Positions 39,056 to 48,452 of a stretch of 64,000 nucleotides of DNA are shown one piece after another (positions within the stretch are counted from its first letter, which is position 1; each line of letters opens with the position of its first letter). The DNA comes from an uncultured Dehalococcoidia bacterium. Its GTDB lineage: Bacteria > Chloroflexota > Dehalococcoidia > Lucifugimonadales > UBA3495. Below the pieces are notes generated by a model, which was not told the DNA's origin, made no database searches, and saw only the letters and a program-made list of their open reading frames with translations. Made by a program: the position numbers and the translations under genes. The stretch lies in NCBI GenBank assembly GCA_964343075.1, contig CAYFGT010000001.1, forward strand, positions 1,323-65,322, given 5' to 3'.

Positions 39056-40102
39056 TTAGAATTGCCGTAGGAATTTCAAATTGTTTGAGTAAAAATGCCT
39101 GATGTCGTCTATCCCGTACTTGAGCATTGCAATTCTTTCAGGCCCCAAACCAAAGGCAAATCCTGTGTACTCTTCTGGGTCATATCCCACTCCTGATAAA
39201 ACTTTAGGATGAACCATGCCGGCACCCATAATTTCGATCCATCCCGTGCCTTTGCAGATCCGACATTGGGAATTTGATCCACCGCATGAAAAGCAGTCAA
39301 TCGACATATCTACGCCAGGTTCCACAAAAGGGAAATAGTCACATCGAAATCTTACTTTTCTGTCTGATCCAAACATTTGTCGTGCAAATTCATACAATGT
39401 TCCCTTTAAGTCGGAGAAATTTATCCCTTTATCTACAGCAAGTCCTTCGATCTGGAAGAAATGCCATTCGTGCGTAGCGTCTGTCGCTTCGTATCTGTAA
39501 CATTTCCCAGGTACTATGACTCGGATCGGAGGAGACGTTTGCTCCATAAGTCTTGCTTGCATGGGAGAAGTGTGAGTCCTGAGTAAGATAGTATTTTGTG
39601 TGTTTAACTCTGTATTATCTATCCAGAGTGTATTCCACATGTCTCTCGCGGGGTGGCCTAAAGGGATATTAAGTTTCTCAAAATTGTAAATATCCCACTC
39701 TACTTCTGGGCCTTCTGTTATATCGAATCCCATACGAATGAAAATTTGAGATATTTCCCGCACAACTTGCGTCGTGGGGTGTAATTTACCTTGGTAAAGA
39801 GGAAATCCAGGCAGAGTTACGTCTAAACCTTCAGCTGTGTTAGTTTCATTGTTGACCCTGCCGACAGCGATTGTAAGTAATGTCTCTAACGATTCTTTAG
39901 TTTTGTTAGCTTCAATCCCAACCGCTCGCTTGTCTTCGGCTGATAGGCTGGGGATTCCGCTCAGTAATTGTGCAAGGGCTCCCTTTCTTCCAAGGAATTT
40001 AATTCTCCAAGCATCAATCCCGTCGGATGACTGTATTGCATCTAGTTCTTCCGAAGCATTTTTATGGAGGTCTTTTAAAGTTTGCGGACTCAGTTTGGTC
40101 AA
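39056..40102 (-). CDS. pheS: phenylalanine--tRNA ligase alpha subunit
   Basis: Class II motifs (..LRTHTSP.Q.R.., ..GKCYR.., ..GAGMVHP..GFAFGLGPERIAML). TTG start with no obvious SD. Confidence 0.95.
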   Translation of the reverse strand: MTKLSPQTLKDLHKNASEELDAIQSSDGIDAWRIKFLGRKGALAQLLSGIPSLSAEDKRAVGIEANKTKESLETLLTIAVGRVNNETNTAEGLDVTLPGFPLYQGKLHPTTQVVREISQIFIRMGFDITEGPEVEWDIYNFEKLNIPLGHPARDMWNTLWIDNTELNTQNTILLRTHTSPMQARLMEQTSPPIRVIVPGKCYRYEATDATHEWHFFQIEGLAVDKGINFSDLKGTLYEFARQMFGSDRKVRFRCDYFPFVEPGVDMSIDCFSCGGSNSQCRICKGTGWIEIMGAGMVHPKVLSGVGYDPEEYTGFAFGLGPERIAMLKYGIDDIRHFYSNNLKFLRQF

Positions 40103-40165
40103 GTGAAACTCGATTTACAATTTAGTTTGGAATGACTGTAAATCCAATATATCAATCCGGGCTTA

Positions 40166-40194
40166 ATTATAGTTTTCTATGTTACAGTGGTCAA
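40166..40194 (-). promoter_or_regulatory. near-consensus sigma70 promoter of pheST
   Basis: On the minus strand: TTGACC (40194-40189), 17-nt spacer, TATAAT (40171-40166). This is about 60 nt upstream of the pheS TTG. Confidence 0.45.
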
Positions 40195-40219
40195 GAATCA
40201 CAAGACTAAGTATTTGTAT

Positions 40220-41455
40220 ATGAACAAACTTCAAAGTATGGTCAATCGATTGAGATACCCTGGCTGGACAGTATTTCTACTATCATTCTGTAATTTAGTG
40301 GTGGAAGGTGGGGCCAAGAACGTTGAATCTGTATTTTATCTAGCTTGGAGGAACGGATTCAAGCGAGGTGCTACCGTAACCTCATTAATCTTTTCACTAG
40401 GTGGGTTATTGGGAGCTATTGCATCTCCTTTTTTAGGAAAACTATTAGATAGATTAGGGCCTAAAACATTTTTTGTTATTGCAGGGCTTGTGATCCTGAT
40501 TGGTTGGCAGTTGAGTAGTTACGCTCCGGGTCTCTGGTATCTGTTTCTGTTTTATAGTTTTGTAGCTGCGCTTGGACATACCTCAATATCATCGTTTACT
40601 GCTATGGCTACTTTATCTCCTTGGTTTTCTAATACCAGAGGGACAGTTCTGGGATTAGCAGATTCAGGAAATCCGTTGGGGCAGGCAATATTTACCCCTC
40701 TTTCCCAGTTATTGGTATTAGGATTAGGTTGGCGATGGTCTTTCAGAATAATAGGACTAATATTTTTCATGCTGATTTTTCCTCTCAACTTATTGTTCCA
40801 AAAACCTATACCGGTTTGGGACGATGAAGTGGATGAAGAAGAAAATGATCAAGTGATATCTAATTACTCTGACTTTAAAGCCTTCAAAGTTAAGTCAGTG
40901 TGGTGGATGGTTGGGGCAAGAGGATTCTTATCTATATCCAATCAAATGATCAGATTGCATATATTAGCCTATTTTGTTTTGTCTGGATATGACCAAATGA
41001 GCGCAGCAACAGCGGTCGGATTAATAGGTGTAGTGAGCGTAATGGGCCGTCCAAGTTTGGGATACATGTCGGATAAATTTGGCAGAGAGATAATGTTTAC
41101 GCTAGGCATAGGGCTTCAAATTATCGCGATTCTTATACTTGTATTGACAAATAATATGAATACAATTCTCCCTCTTTTATTGTATGTGGCTTTTTCAGGT
41201 TTAACCGATGGGATAGGAGGTCTCATACTTTCTGCTAAAGCGGGAGATATTTACCCTAAGATTCATATGGGTGAAATTTTAGGATTGGTAGAAATCGGGA
41301 GAGGCATTGGTATAGCTGTTGGCCCCATACTAGGAGGAATATTATTTGACCTAAATGGTGATTACTTGTTAGCATTTGTTATAGCTATGATGCTGTCTTT
41401 GGTATCGATACTGTGCTGTTGGATGATTAAGGTTTCTGAAAACTCACTTCAGTAG
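40220..41455 (+). CDS. MFS transporter
   Basis: About 12 predicted TM helices. Loop motif GKLLDRLGPK. The start is placed at ATG 40220 because the ORF-track GTG 40187 lies inside the pheS promoter. The start remains uncertain. Confidence 0.85.
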   Translation: MNKLQSMVNRLRYPGWTVFLLSFCNLVVEGGAKNVESVFYLAWRNGFKRGATVTSLIFSLGGLLGAIASPFLGKLLDRLGPKTFFVIAGLVILIGWQLSSYAPGLWYLFLFYSFVAALGHTSISSFTAMATLSPWFSNTRGTVLGLADSGNPLGQAIFTPLSQLLVLGLGWRWSFRIIGLIFFMLIFPLNLLFQKPIPVWDDEVDEEENDQVISNYSDFKAFKVKSVWWMVGARGFLSISNQMIRLHILAYFVLSGYDQMSAATAVGLIGVVSVMGRPSLGYMSDKFGREIMFTLGIGLQIIAILILVLTNNMNTILPLLLYVAFSGLTDGIGGLILSAKAGDIYPKIHMGEILGLVEIGRGIGIAVGPILGGILFDLNGDYLLAFVIAMMLSLVSILCCWMIKVSENSLQ

Positions 41456-41483
41456 TCGACTTCATAGCGATTTAGGAGGTAGT

Positions 41484-41834
41484 ATGCCTATAATTCAAAG
41501 ACCATATGTTCCGCCGGACGATGAAATTCCTAAGGATGAAAACTTCTCTACGCCTGGTACAGTGAATGAGGACGATATATCGGATGAACCGATAACTTTT
41601 TATGCTGATTCCCTGCATATATATTCAAGCCTTTATTCCGCAGTACTTTTCTTTGGTGAACAAATGGAAGAACGAGAACCGATATTACGAAGTAGGATTA
41701 AAGTCAGTCCTCAGATGCTGAAAGCACTCGCAGTGTTGGCAACTAAGCATGTGAAAGATTATGAGAATGCAATTGGACCTATTGAATTGCCACCTCAGGT
41801 TTATGATGCTTGGGAAATTGAATCCGATGAATGA
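41484..41834 (+). CDS. DUF3467-like protein
   Basis: AGGAGG SD. The core FYADSLHIYSSLYSAVLFFGE...ILRSRIKVSPQMLKALAVLATKHVKDYENAIGPI matches the DUF3467 pattern as I remember it (Y.N...I.HS..EF..DF.....V.SRI...P.HAKRLL.AL..N...YE...G.I). The N-terminal 35 aa are acidic and likely disordered. Confidence 0.65.
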   Translation: MPIIQRPYVPPDDEIPKDENFSTPGTVNEDDISDEPITFYADSLHIYSSLYSAVLFFGEQMEEREPILRSRIKVSPQMLKALAVLATKHVKDYENAIGPIELPPQVYDAWEIESDE

Positions 41835-42312
41835 AAATGATGAGCTGTTGGCTGAGGATTGGAGTACTCCTGTTGTTGTAACCCCAGGATTTGATCAGTC
41901 TTCTCCAACCGACTGGGATTGGAGTAAGATTGATGCTAGTACTTCAACAAAAGCTGAATATCATATCAATCATAGTGATGTAAGTCAGGTTAGTTTCGAT
42001 GAATTAAATGATACAGACCTTGACCCCGGTGCTCAATTTCGAATAACTACTGCTATCCCTGTAATAATCATTGATTCATTAGACACTTTTTGGGCAGGCG
42101 AGGTTAAGTCAAAATTGCCTCTCACAGGGCTGCGGGTTCCTGTATCTGGAGACACAGTCAAGGAAGCAAAGCATAAACTGGCAGAAGACTTGGCTGCACA
42201 GTTTAGATTACTATTGATTTTAAATTCTTCCATGGAAGGGAAATTAGCTCCAGGTCTTAAGAAGAATCTGGAGATTTATGCTTCGGTATTGGAAACTCGT
42301 CCAACTGTTTAG
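41827..42312 (+). CDS. hypothetical acidic protein with possible HicB/UPF0150-like C-terminal fold
   Basis: ATG 41827 overlaps the upstream stop by 8 nt (ATGAATGA). The C-terminus FWAGEV..LPLTGL.VPVSGDTVKEAKHKLAEDL loosely resembles the HicB-type pattern (LPG....G.T.EEA...). Weak call. Confidence 0.55.
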   Translation: MNENDELLAEDWSTPVVVTPGFDQSSPTDWDWSKIDASTSTKAEYHINHSDVSQVSFDELNDTDLDPGAQFRITTAIPVIIIDSLDTFWAGEVKSKLPLTGLRVPVSGDTVKEAKHKLAEDLAAQFRLLLILNSSMEGKLAPGLKKNLEIYASVLETRPTV

Positions 42313-42313
42313 A

Positions 42314-44020
42314 TCAGTTAATAGTTAATAAGACTTCTTCTATGTGATTGATAGCATCCTCCAGAGGAGTGGTGTGGGTTTCTAAAGTTCTGCGGGATTT
42401 TATTTCACAGATACCGTTCTTTATATTTCGAGGGCTAATCACAATTTGGAGTGGTATACCAAATAGTTCGGCATCTCTAAATTTGACTCCTGCGCTTTGA
42501 TCGGGGCGATCGTCAAACAAACAAGGGATACCTTTCATGTTCAAGGAATTGTACATTGAGTTGGCGACTGAGTTACAGTCTGGGTCAGTTGAATTTAAGG
42601 CGATCAAATGGACTTTGTAAGGACTTACAGCTTTAGGGAAAATTATTCCTTTATCATCGTGATTGGCTTCTACTGTTGCAGCTAATAACCTTCCAACACC
42701 TATACCATAACAACCCATTAATGGAAGCTTTTGCTTGCCTTCTTGGTCGGAATAATAGACTCCAAATGACTCTGTGAAAAAGCTCCCCAGTTTGAAGATG
42801 TGTCCGATTTCAATACCTCTTACCGCGTTAAGCTGTTCCCCACATGTTTTGCATGAATACGCCGCAGTGACGGCTGCGATGTCTGCAACTTGTGAGACGT
42901 TAAAATCCCTATGATAATTGACATTTTTGATGTGGGTGTCTGGTTTATTCCCCCCCGCGATCATATTTTTTTGCTTTGTTACGGATTCGTCACCTATTAT
43001 GCTTAGTTGGTTGATGCCTATTGGAGACATTGAACCTGGTATAAGACCTAATTGCTCAAGTTCTGATGGAGATGCAGGTCTTAATTGTTTGGGATTCAAC
43101 AAATTTTTAAGTTTAACTTCATTTATAGTAAGATCTCCTCGAATACATACCATAGTTATCTTGCCGTCTATGTTATAGCACAAAGTTTTTAATGTGTCGG
43201 ATGGATTGACATCCATAGTTTTACACGCTTCTTCGATGGTTTTAACCCCTGGGGTGGCCACCTCCAATAAAGGGAGCTCTGCAACATCAGTATTGGCTGT
43301 AATTGTGCCAACCGCTTTTTCTACGTTGGCTGTGTATTTACATTTAGGGCAAGTAATTACAGTATCTTCTCCTGAATCAGTAGGGAAAATGAATTCGTGA
43401 GAATCTTTTCCTCCGATTGCACCACTATCTGCTTCAGCCATCAGGACAGGTATTTGGCATTTTTCATATATGTTTGTATAAGCTGTAGCCATAGAATTGT
43501 AGATCAGGTCTAAAGATTTTTCGTCAGGGCTGAAGCTATAGGCATCTTTCATTGTGAATTCGCGTACTCTAATTAGTCCAGCTCTAGGTCTTGCCTCGTC
43601 TCGGAACTTAGTTTGAATTTGATAAAAGGTGAACGGTAGATCTTTGTAACTTTGGATTATAGATTTACTGATAGTAGTTACAGATTCTTCATGAGTAGGT
43701 GCCAACACTAATCCTCTGTCCCGTCTGTCTGTAAGAGTGAATAAATTGTCTCCAAATGCTGAAGTTCTACCTGTAGTCTCCCAAAGCTCTTGAGGTTGTA
43801 TGTGAGGCATTAATATTTCTTGTGCGCCTACGTTATCCATTTCTTGCCGTATTATATTTTCTATATTTTTGATGGTTTTGAGGGCCAATGGTAAATATGA
43901 ATATATACCTGCTCCAAGTTGGTGGATAAATCCGGCTTTAGTTAATAATGAATGGCTAATCGTATCAGAGTCTGATCCACTTTCACGTAATGTTTTATAA
44001 GCTAGTTGAGTAAGCCTCAT
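42314..44020 (-). CDS. proS: proline--tRNA ligase (bacterial type with INS editing domain)
   Basis: 568 aa. MRLTQL..TLRE N-terminus, class II motifs, C-terminal anticodon-binding domain. Confidence 0.95.
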   Translation of the reverse strand: MRLTQLAYKTLRESGSDSDTISHSLLTKAGFIHQLGAGIYSYLPLALKTIKNIENIIRQEMDNVGAQEILMPHIQPQELWETTGRTSAFGDNLFTLTDRRDRGLVLAPTHEESVTTISKSIIQSYKDLPFTFYQIQTKFRDEARPRAGLIRVREFTMKDAYSFSPDEKSLDLIYNSMATAYTNIYEKCQIPVLMAEADSGAIGGKDSHEFIFPTDSGEDTVITCPKCKYTANVEKAVGTITANTDVAELPLLEVATPGVKTIEEACKTMDVNPSDTLKTLCYNIDGKITMVCIRGDLTINEVKLKNLLNPKQLRPASPSELEQLGLIPGSMSPIGINQLSIIGDESVTKQKNMIAGGNKPDTHIKNVNYHRDFNVSQVADIAAVTAAYSCKTCGEQLNAVRGIEIGHIFKLGSFFTESFGVYYSDQEGKQKLPLMGCYGIGVGRLLAATVEANHDDKGIIFPKAVSPYKVHLIALNSTDPDCNSVANSMYNSLNMKGIPCLFDDRPDQSAGVKFRDAELFGIPLQIVISPRNIKNGICEIKSRRTLETHTTPLEDAINHIEEVLLTIN

Positions 44021-44062
44021 GGAATTCTCGTCCTTTCCCCAGTTGATTTTAACCAGTTTAAC

Positions 44063-45190
44063 TTAAGTGGCACTGGGTATGTTTTCTATCTCTTCCATCA
44101 ATGCGGAGAGCATATTCTCTTCCGGTACCACTTTTACTTTTTCACCTTTTTTAAAAATTATAGCTCTGCCAGCTCCAGCGGCAATCCCTATGTCAGCGTC
44201 TTTAGCTTCTCCTGGTCCATTGACTTCGCATCCCATGACAGCGACTTTGATGTTCTTATCTGTTTTCTTAAGCAACTGGTCTACATCATTGGCCAATTTC
44301 CTTACGTCTACGTCTGCTCTGCCACAGCTGGGACAAGCGACAAGAGTAGTCCCTTTGGTTCGTAAGTTCAAAGCCTTTAATATTTCGAATCCAGCCTCTA
44401 CTTCTTTCACAGGATCATCGCTGAGAGATACCCTAATCGTGTCTCCTATCCCTTCATATAGTAAAACACCAAGACCTACAGCTGTTCTTATTGATCCTGA
44501 GTAAGCGGTACCAGCTTCAGTAATACCTAAATGGAACGGGTAAGGAACTAATTTCGACAAGCTTCGATAAGATTCTACAGTTGTTGGAACATCGAAAGCT
44601 TTCATTGATATTTTGATATCGTCAAAATTCATTTGCTCTAATAAGCTGATCTCCCATAGAGCAGTAGCAACCATATGATCTACTACGCTATATTCTCCTG
44701 CAGTGTTTTGGCCTGCTTTGGGGAGTTTATTTACCATGTCCATATGCCTGGAGAACCCTCTAGTTTTCCCAATCCCGCCAACTGGAGGGAGACTGCCAAA
44801 ATTCACTCCAATTCTTATTGGTATAGAGCGGGATTTAGCTACTTTAACCACCTCTTTGATTTGTTCTGAATCTCGTAAGTTCCCAGGATTTAATCTCAGA
44901 CAATCTACTCCATTTTGGGCAGCTTTAATGGCTAATTTATAATGGAAATGGATATCTGCGATTACAGGAATTTGTACCTGCTTCTTAATGGCTTTTAGCG
45001 CTTCTGCGGCATCCATGTCTGGAACAGCACATCGGATTATTTCACAACCTGCTTGTTCTAGTGCTTTTATTTGGGCTACTGTTGCTGCGACGTCACTTGT
45101 ATTAGTTTTAGTCATGCTTTGTACGGTTATGTCGTGCGTTCCACCAACTTTGACATTCCCGACTGAAACAACACTGGTACTTCTTCTCAT
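44063..45190 (-). CDS. ispG: 4-hydroxy-3-methylbut-2-en-1-yl diphosphate synthase
   Basis: RRSTSVVSVGNVKVGG...VQSMT, CPSCGR, MGCEVNGPGE. Confidence 0.95.
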   Translation of the reverse strand: MRRSTSVVSVGNVKVGGTHDITVQSMTKTNTSDVAATVAQIKALEQAGCEIIRCAVPDMDAAEALKAIKKQVQIPVIADIHFHYKLAIKAAQNGVDCLRLNPGNLRDSEQIKEVVKVAKSRSIPIRIGVNFGSLPPVGGIGKTRGFSRHMDMVNKLPKAGQNTAGEYSVVDHMVATALWEISLLEQMNFDDIKISMKAFDVPTTVESYRSLSKLVPYPFHLGITEAGTAYSGSIRTAVGLGVLLYEGIGDTIRVSLSDDPVKEVEAGFEILKALNLRTKGTTLVACPSCGRADVDVRKLANDVDQLLKKTDKNIKVAVMGCEVNGPGEAKDADIGIAAGAGRAIIFKKGEKVKVVPEENMLSALMEEIENIPSAT

Positions 45191-45219
45191 ATATCGGCCT
45201 CTTGAGTTTGCAAAGGTTA

Positions 45220-46518
45220 TTATCCTCCTAGGAACGGCTCGCCTGTAATTATTCTTTGTATATCTTTCATTGTAACAATAATTATTAGACTTATCAGGAA
45301 CACAAAGCCCATTGCGTGAAACAAATTTTCTTTATGCCTAGGTAACTGTTTGCCACCTCTCAGTATTTCGATTAAAACAAACAATAGTCTGCCACCGTCT
45401 AACATTGGGATTGGAAGTATATTCAAAATTGCTAAATTTATACTGATTATAATTGAGAGTATAACCAATCCTTGAAAACCTGCTTGCTTGGCGACTTCTC
45501 CTGTTATTTGCGCTATTCCTACCGGTCCAGTAATTTGATTCTGTACGTCTTTGCCTACAATGTTTCGAAATTCAGTTTGCAAGGCGTCTAGTAAAGCGAT
45601 CGTCCGTGTTACGCCTCCGGCCAGAGCTGTCCACGGAGGTTCAGATGCCTTCACAAACTCTTGATTGATAGTGATTATGCGAATTCCGCTAACCCATTGT
45701 TTTATGCTGTCTTCGTATGAAGGCGTGACTGTAGCTGTCATTTGTTTCCCTGACCTTTGAATTGTCCAGCTTGAAGAACTGCCTTGTGAAAGGTTAAGAA
45801 TGCTTCGTAGATCGGAAGGGGACGAAACAGGTGTCTGGTCTACTTTTAGTAGTACATCTTTCGGGATTATGCCAGCTTGTTCAGCAGGTGATAATGGTAT
45901 CACTTCAATGATTTGTATTTCTCCGGTATTTTCGACAGGAACATTGTGTGGAATAATACTGATTAGTGTGAATACTATTACAGGATAAATCAAGTTCATA
46001 AAGGCGCCCGATACTAAGATGATGGCTCGTTGCCATGCTGGTTTACTTGCTAAACTGAATGGAATTGTTGAATCCGTTTCGCCCGACAATCTAACAAATC
46101 CACCTAAAGGAAATAAATTGAGCGAATATATCATATCTGCCACAATGATTTCATTTGTTCGAATCTCACGAATTTTGCCCTGATGAACCAACCCCTGTTC
46201 AGTGTCTTTACTAGTTATTGGATTTAAGTGATCTGAAATAAAGTCTGCGGTCAATTGTTCATCAGACCATGACGATTTTATTTGTATGACTTGACCGACT
46301 TGCAACGGGTCGTGCGTTTGGACAACTGTGCTGGGAGACAAGGCTATAATTGATTTACCTGTATACATCTTTAGAACCCTAGGTGGATAACCTACCCCGA
46401 ATTCCAGAACTTTTACACCGAACCATCTAGCTGTGAATAAATGACCGAATTCATGGACTAATACCACAACTAGCAATACTGCTACGAAGCTTATTATAGT
46501 TACCACTGCATCACTCAC
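45220..46518 (-). CDS. rseP: RIP metalloprotease RseP (M50 site-2 protease)
   Basis: HEFGH motif in TM1, a PDZ region, and C-terminal LNILPIPMLDGG. GTG start overlapping the dxr stop by 4 nt. Confidence 0.9.
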   Translation of the reverse strand: MSDAVVTIISFVAVLLVVVLVHEFGHLFTARWFGVKVLEFGVGYPPRVLKMYTGKSIIALSPSTVVQTHDPLQVGQVIQIKSSWSDEQLTADFISDHLNPITSKDTEQGLVHQGKIREIRTNEIIVADMIYSLNLFPLGGFVRLSGETDSTIPFSLASKPAWQRAIILVSGAFMNLIYPVIVFTLISIIPHNVPVENTGEIQIIEVIPLSPAEQAGIIPKDVLLKVDQTPVSSPSDLRSILNLSQGSSSSWTIQRSGKQMTATVTPSYEDSIKQWVSGIRIITINQEFVKASEPPWTALAGGVTRTIALLDALQTEFRNIVGKDVQNQITGPVGIAQITGEVAKQAGFQGLVILSIIISINLAILNILPIPMLDGGRLLFVLIEILRGGKQLPRHKENLFHAMGFVFLISLIIIVTMKDIQRIITGEPFLGG

Positions 46519-47639
46519 ACAGATTTAATCTTACAAAATTCTAAGGTCTTTTTTGAAGCCCAATTTACAATTTCTTGAATATCTTTAATGTCGCGATAAG
46601 TAGAATTGGAATGTATGCTAGATATTTCATATAGTATCTTTGGGATGTCTGTATATCTGATTTTAGCATCCAGAAATTGGTCAACTGCTATCTCATCTGC
46701 TGTATTTATGACTATAGGATAGGTACCTCCTAGTTTTACCGCTTGTAATACGATGTTATACGCGGGGTATCTATCATGATCCATGGGGAAGAAGTCCATA
46801 TTTATAGCTTGGCTGAAGTCTAGATTTTTGAGTTGGGGATTTGCAATATTATCCGGGTAAAATAGAGCATATTGTATGGGTATCTGCATATTGGGATTGC
46901 TGATCTGAGCTTTTATTGAGGCATCTTCAAACTCCACAAGTGAATGGACAAGACTCTGGGGATGCAATACTGCTTCTAGCTTATCCCACGGCATATCAAA
47001 CAACCAGTGAGACTCTATAATTTCGAAGGCTTTATTAACCATAGTAGCTGAGTCGATTGTGATTTTTTTGCCCATTGCCCAGTTAGGATGTTTGAGTGCT
47101 AAGTCAGGAGTAATATCTTTTAGATTCTCCACGGGTATGTCTCTTACTGAACCGCCTGATCCGGTTATTATTAACTTTCTAACGTTTTTAGATTCACCTA
47201 TGCATTGCCATATAGCACTAGGTTCACTGTCAACAGGATATATCTTTCCTTGTGAGCTCCGTTCAGCCTCTTTTATAAGGTCTCCGGCAATAACGATGGG
47301 CTCTTTGTTAGATAAGGCAACCGTTTTCCCTGATTTGAGAGCGGCTAATGTTGGTTCTAATCCGACTATGCCAGAAGTGGCCATTACCACAATGTCTATT
47401 TCTGGTAAGGTGCACATTTCTTCTAATCCAAGGAATGACACAAGGTTACTATTTATCTCTGAATTAAGGTTGCAATTGACATATTGGGGGTTAAATTCTT
47501 TTATCAGTTTATTGAACGCAGTTGTGTTATCACCCGCAGCCATTGCTATAACCGATAATTTGTCCGGGAATTGCCGAACTATTTCCAGCGTTTGAGTTCC
47601 AATTGATCCAGTACAGCCGATTATTGCTAGCTTTTTCAT
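46515..47639 (-). CDS. dxr: 1-deoxy-D-xylulose 5-phosphate reductoisomerase
   Basis: MKKLAIIGCTGSIG (start set at ATG 47639; ORF-track start is 47657), ..LSNKE.., ..HPNW.MG.KITIDSAT. Confidence 0.95.
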   Translation of the reverse strand: MKKLAIIGCTGSIGTQTLEIVRQFPDKLSVIAMAAGDNTTAFNKLIKEFNPQYVNCNLNSEINSNLVSFLGLEEMCTLPEIDIVVMATSGIVGLEPTLAALKSGKTVALSNKEPIVIAGDLIKEAERSSQGKIYPVDSEPSAIWQCIGESKNVRKLIITGSGGSVRDIPVENLKDITPDLALKHPNWAMGKKITIDSATMVNKAFEIIESHWLFDMPWDKLEAVLHPQSLVHSLVEFEDASIKAQISNPNMQIPIQYALFYPDNIANPQLKNLDFSQAINMDFFPMDHDRYPAYNIVLQAVKLGGTYPIVINTADEIAVDQFLDAKIRYTDIPKILYEISSIHSNSTYRDIKDIQEIVNWASKKTLEFCKIKSV

Positions 47640-47641
47640 TT

Positions 47642-48448
47642 CTAAGATATGATCCAAAACATATAGTATGATACTGGTAAGGTGAATAAAAGACTATCTA
47701 TCCTATCCAGTAGTCCTCCGTGCCCAGGCATAAATCGACCAGATTCTTTAATATTTATAATCCTTTTTAGTTTTGATTCAAACAAGTCGCCAAGTTGAGC
47801 AGCAATACAAATTATCATTCCAATAACTAACATGTTCAGAATTGTTATATTGATTGGTAGTATGCTGCCTAGCACAAGAGACATTATAACCCCTAGGACA
47901 AATCCTCCAATGCTCCCTTCCAGAGTTTTATTAGGACTTATCAATGGCATTATTTTAATGTTTCCGAACAGCTTACCGCATACATAGGCCCCAGTATCAC
48001 TTGTAAAGGTAATTATTATTGTAATTAACAGAATTATGGATCCAGAGAATTTGGTTATAGATGTTGCTTGATAGAGTAATAAACCATGTGAAAATAGCAA
48101 ACCGGTGTATACTGGCATCCCTATCGAATACAACATTGTACCGAAAGAATTGGTAGTTGATGTACCGACTACATAAATAGATGAAACAACCAGCAGGCTT
48201 ATAATGATGAACGCACTTATATAAGTGAAATTTATCAGACTTGGCGATACTAATGATGCCAGCATAAATAACGGAGCGGAAAGGAATATTATAATTTTGG
48301 GATTATTATAAGGAATAAACTTTATTGCTTCGTAAGTTGCGGCTACGCAGATCGCAAAACTTGCCAAAAAAAACCAAATGCCCCCAGTGTATAAAATTAA
48401 TCCTAGTATTATGGCTCCACAAATTGATGATATAAGTCTAGTAAGCAT
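47642..48448 (-). CDS. cdsA: phosphatidate cytidylyltransferase
   Basis: Polytopic membrane protein. Signature SKLKRIINIKESGRFMPGHGGLLDRIDS. The start is probably ATG 48448 (GGAGG 12 nt upstream); ORF-track start is 48475. Confidence 0.9.
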   Translation of the reverse strand: MLTRLISSICGAIILGLILYTGGIWFFLASFAICVAATYEAIKFIPYNNPKIIIFLSAPLFMLASLVSPSLINFTYISAFIIISLLVVSSIYVVGTSTTNSFGTMLYSIGMPVYTGLLFSHGLLLYQATSITKFSGSIILLITIIITFTSDTGAYVCGKLFGNIKIMPLISPNKTLEGSIGGFVLGVIMSLVLGSILPINITILNMLVIGMIICIAAQLGDLFESKLKRIINIKESGRFMPGHGGLLDRIDSLLFTLPVSYYMFWIIS

Positions 48449-48452
48449 ATTA

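Noticed and set aside
41484-42312. The two overlapping ORFs as one frameshifted (pseudo)gene
   Set aside because: The first ORF already contains a complete DUF3467-length domain. The junction is a classic ATGA-type coupled stop/start (ATGAATGA) rather than a disrupted frame.
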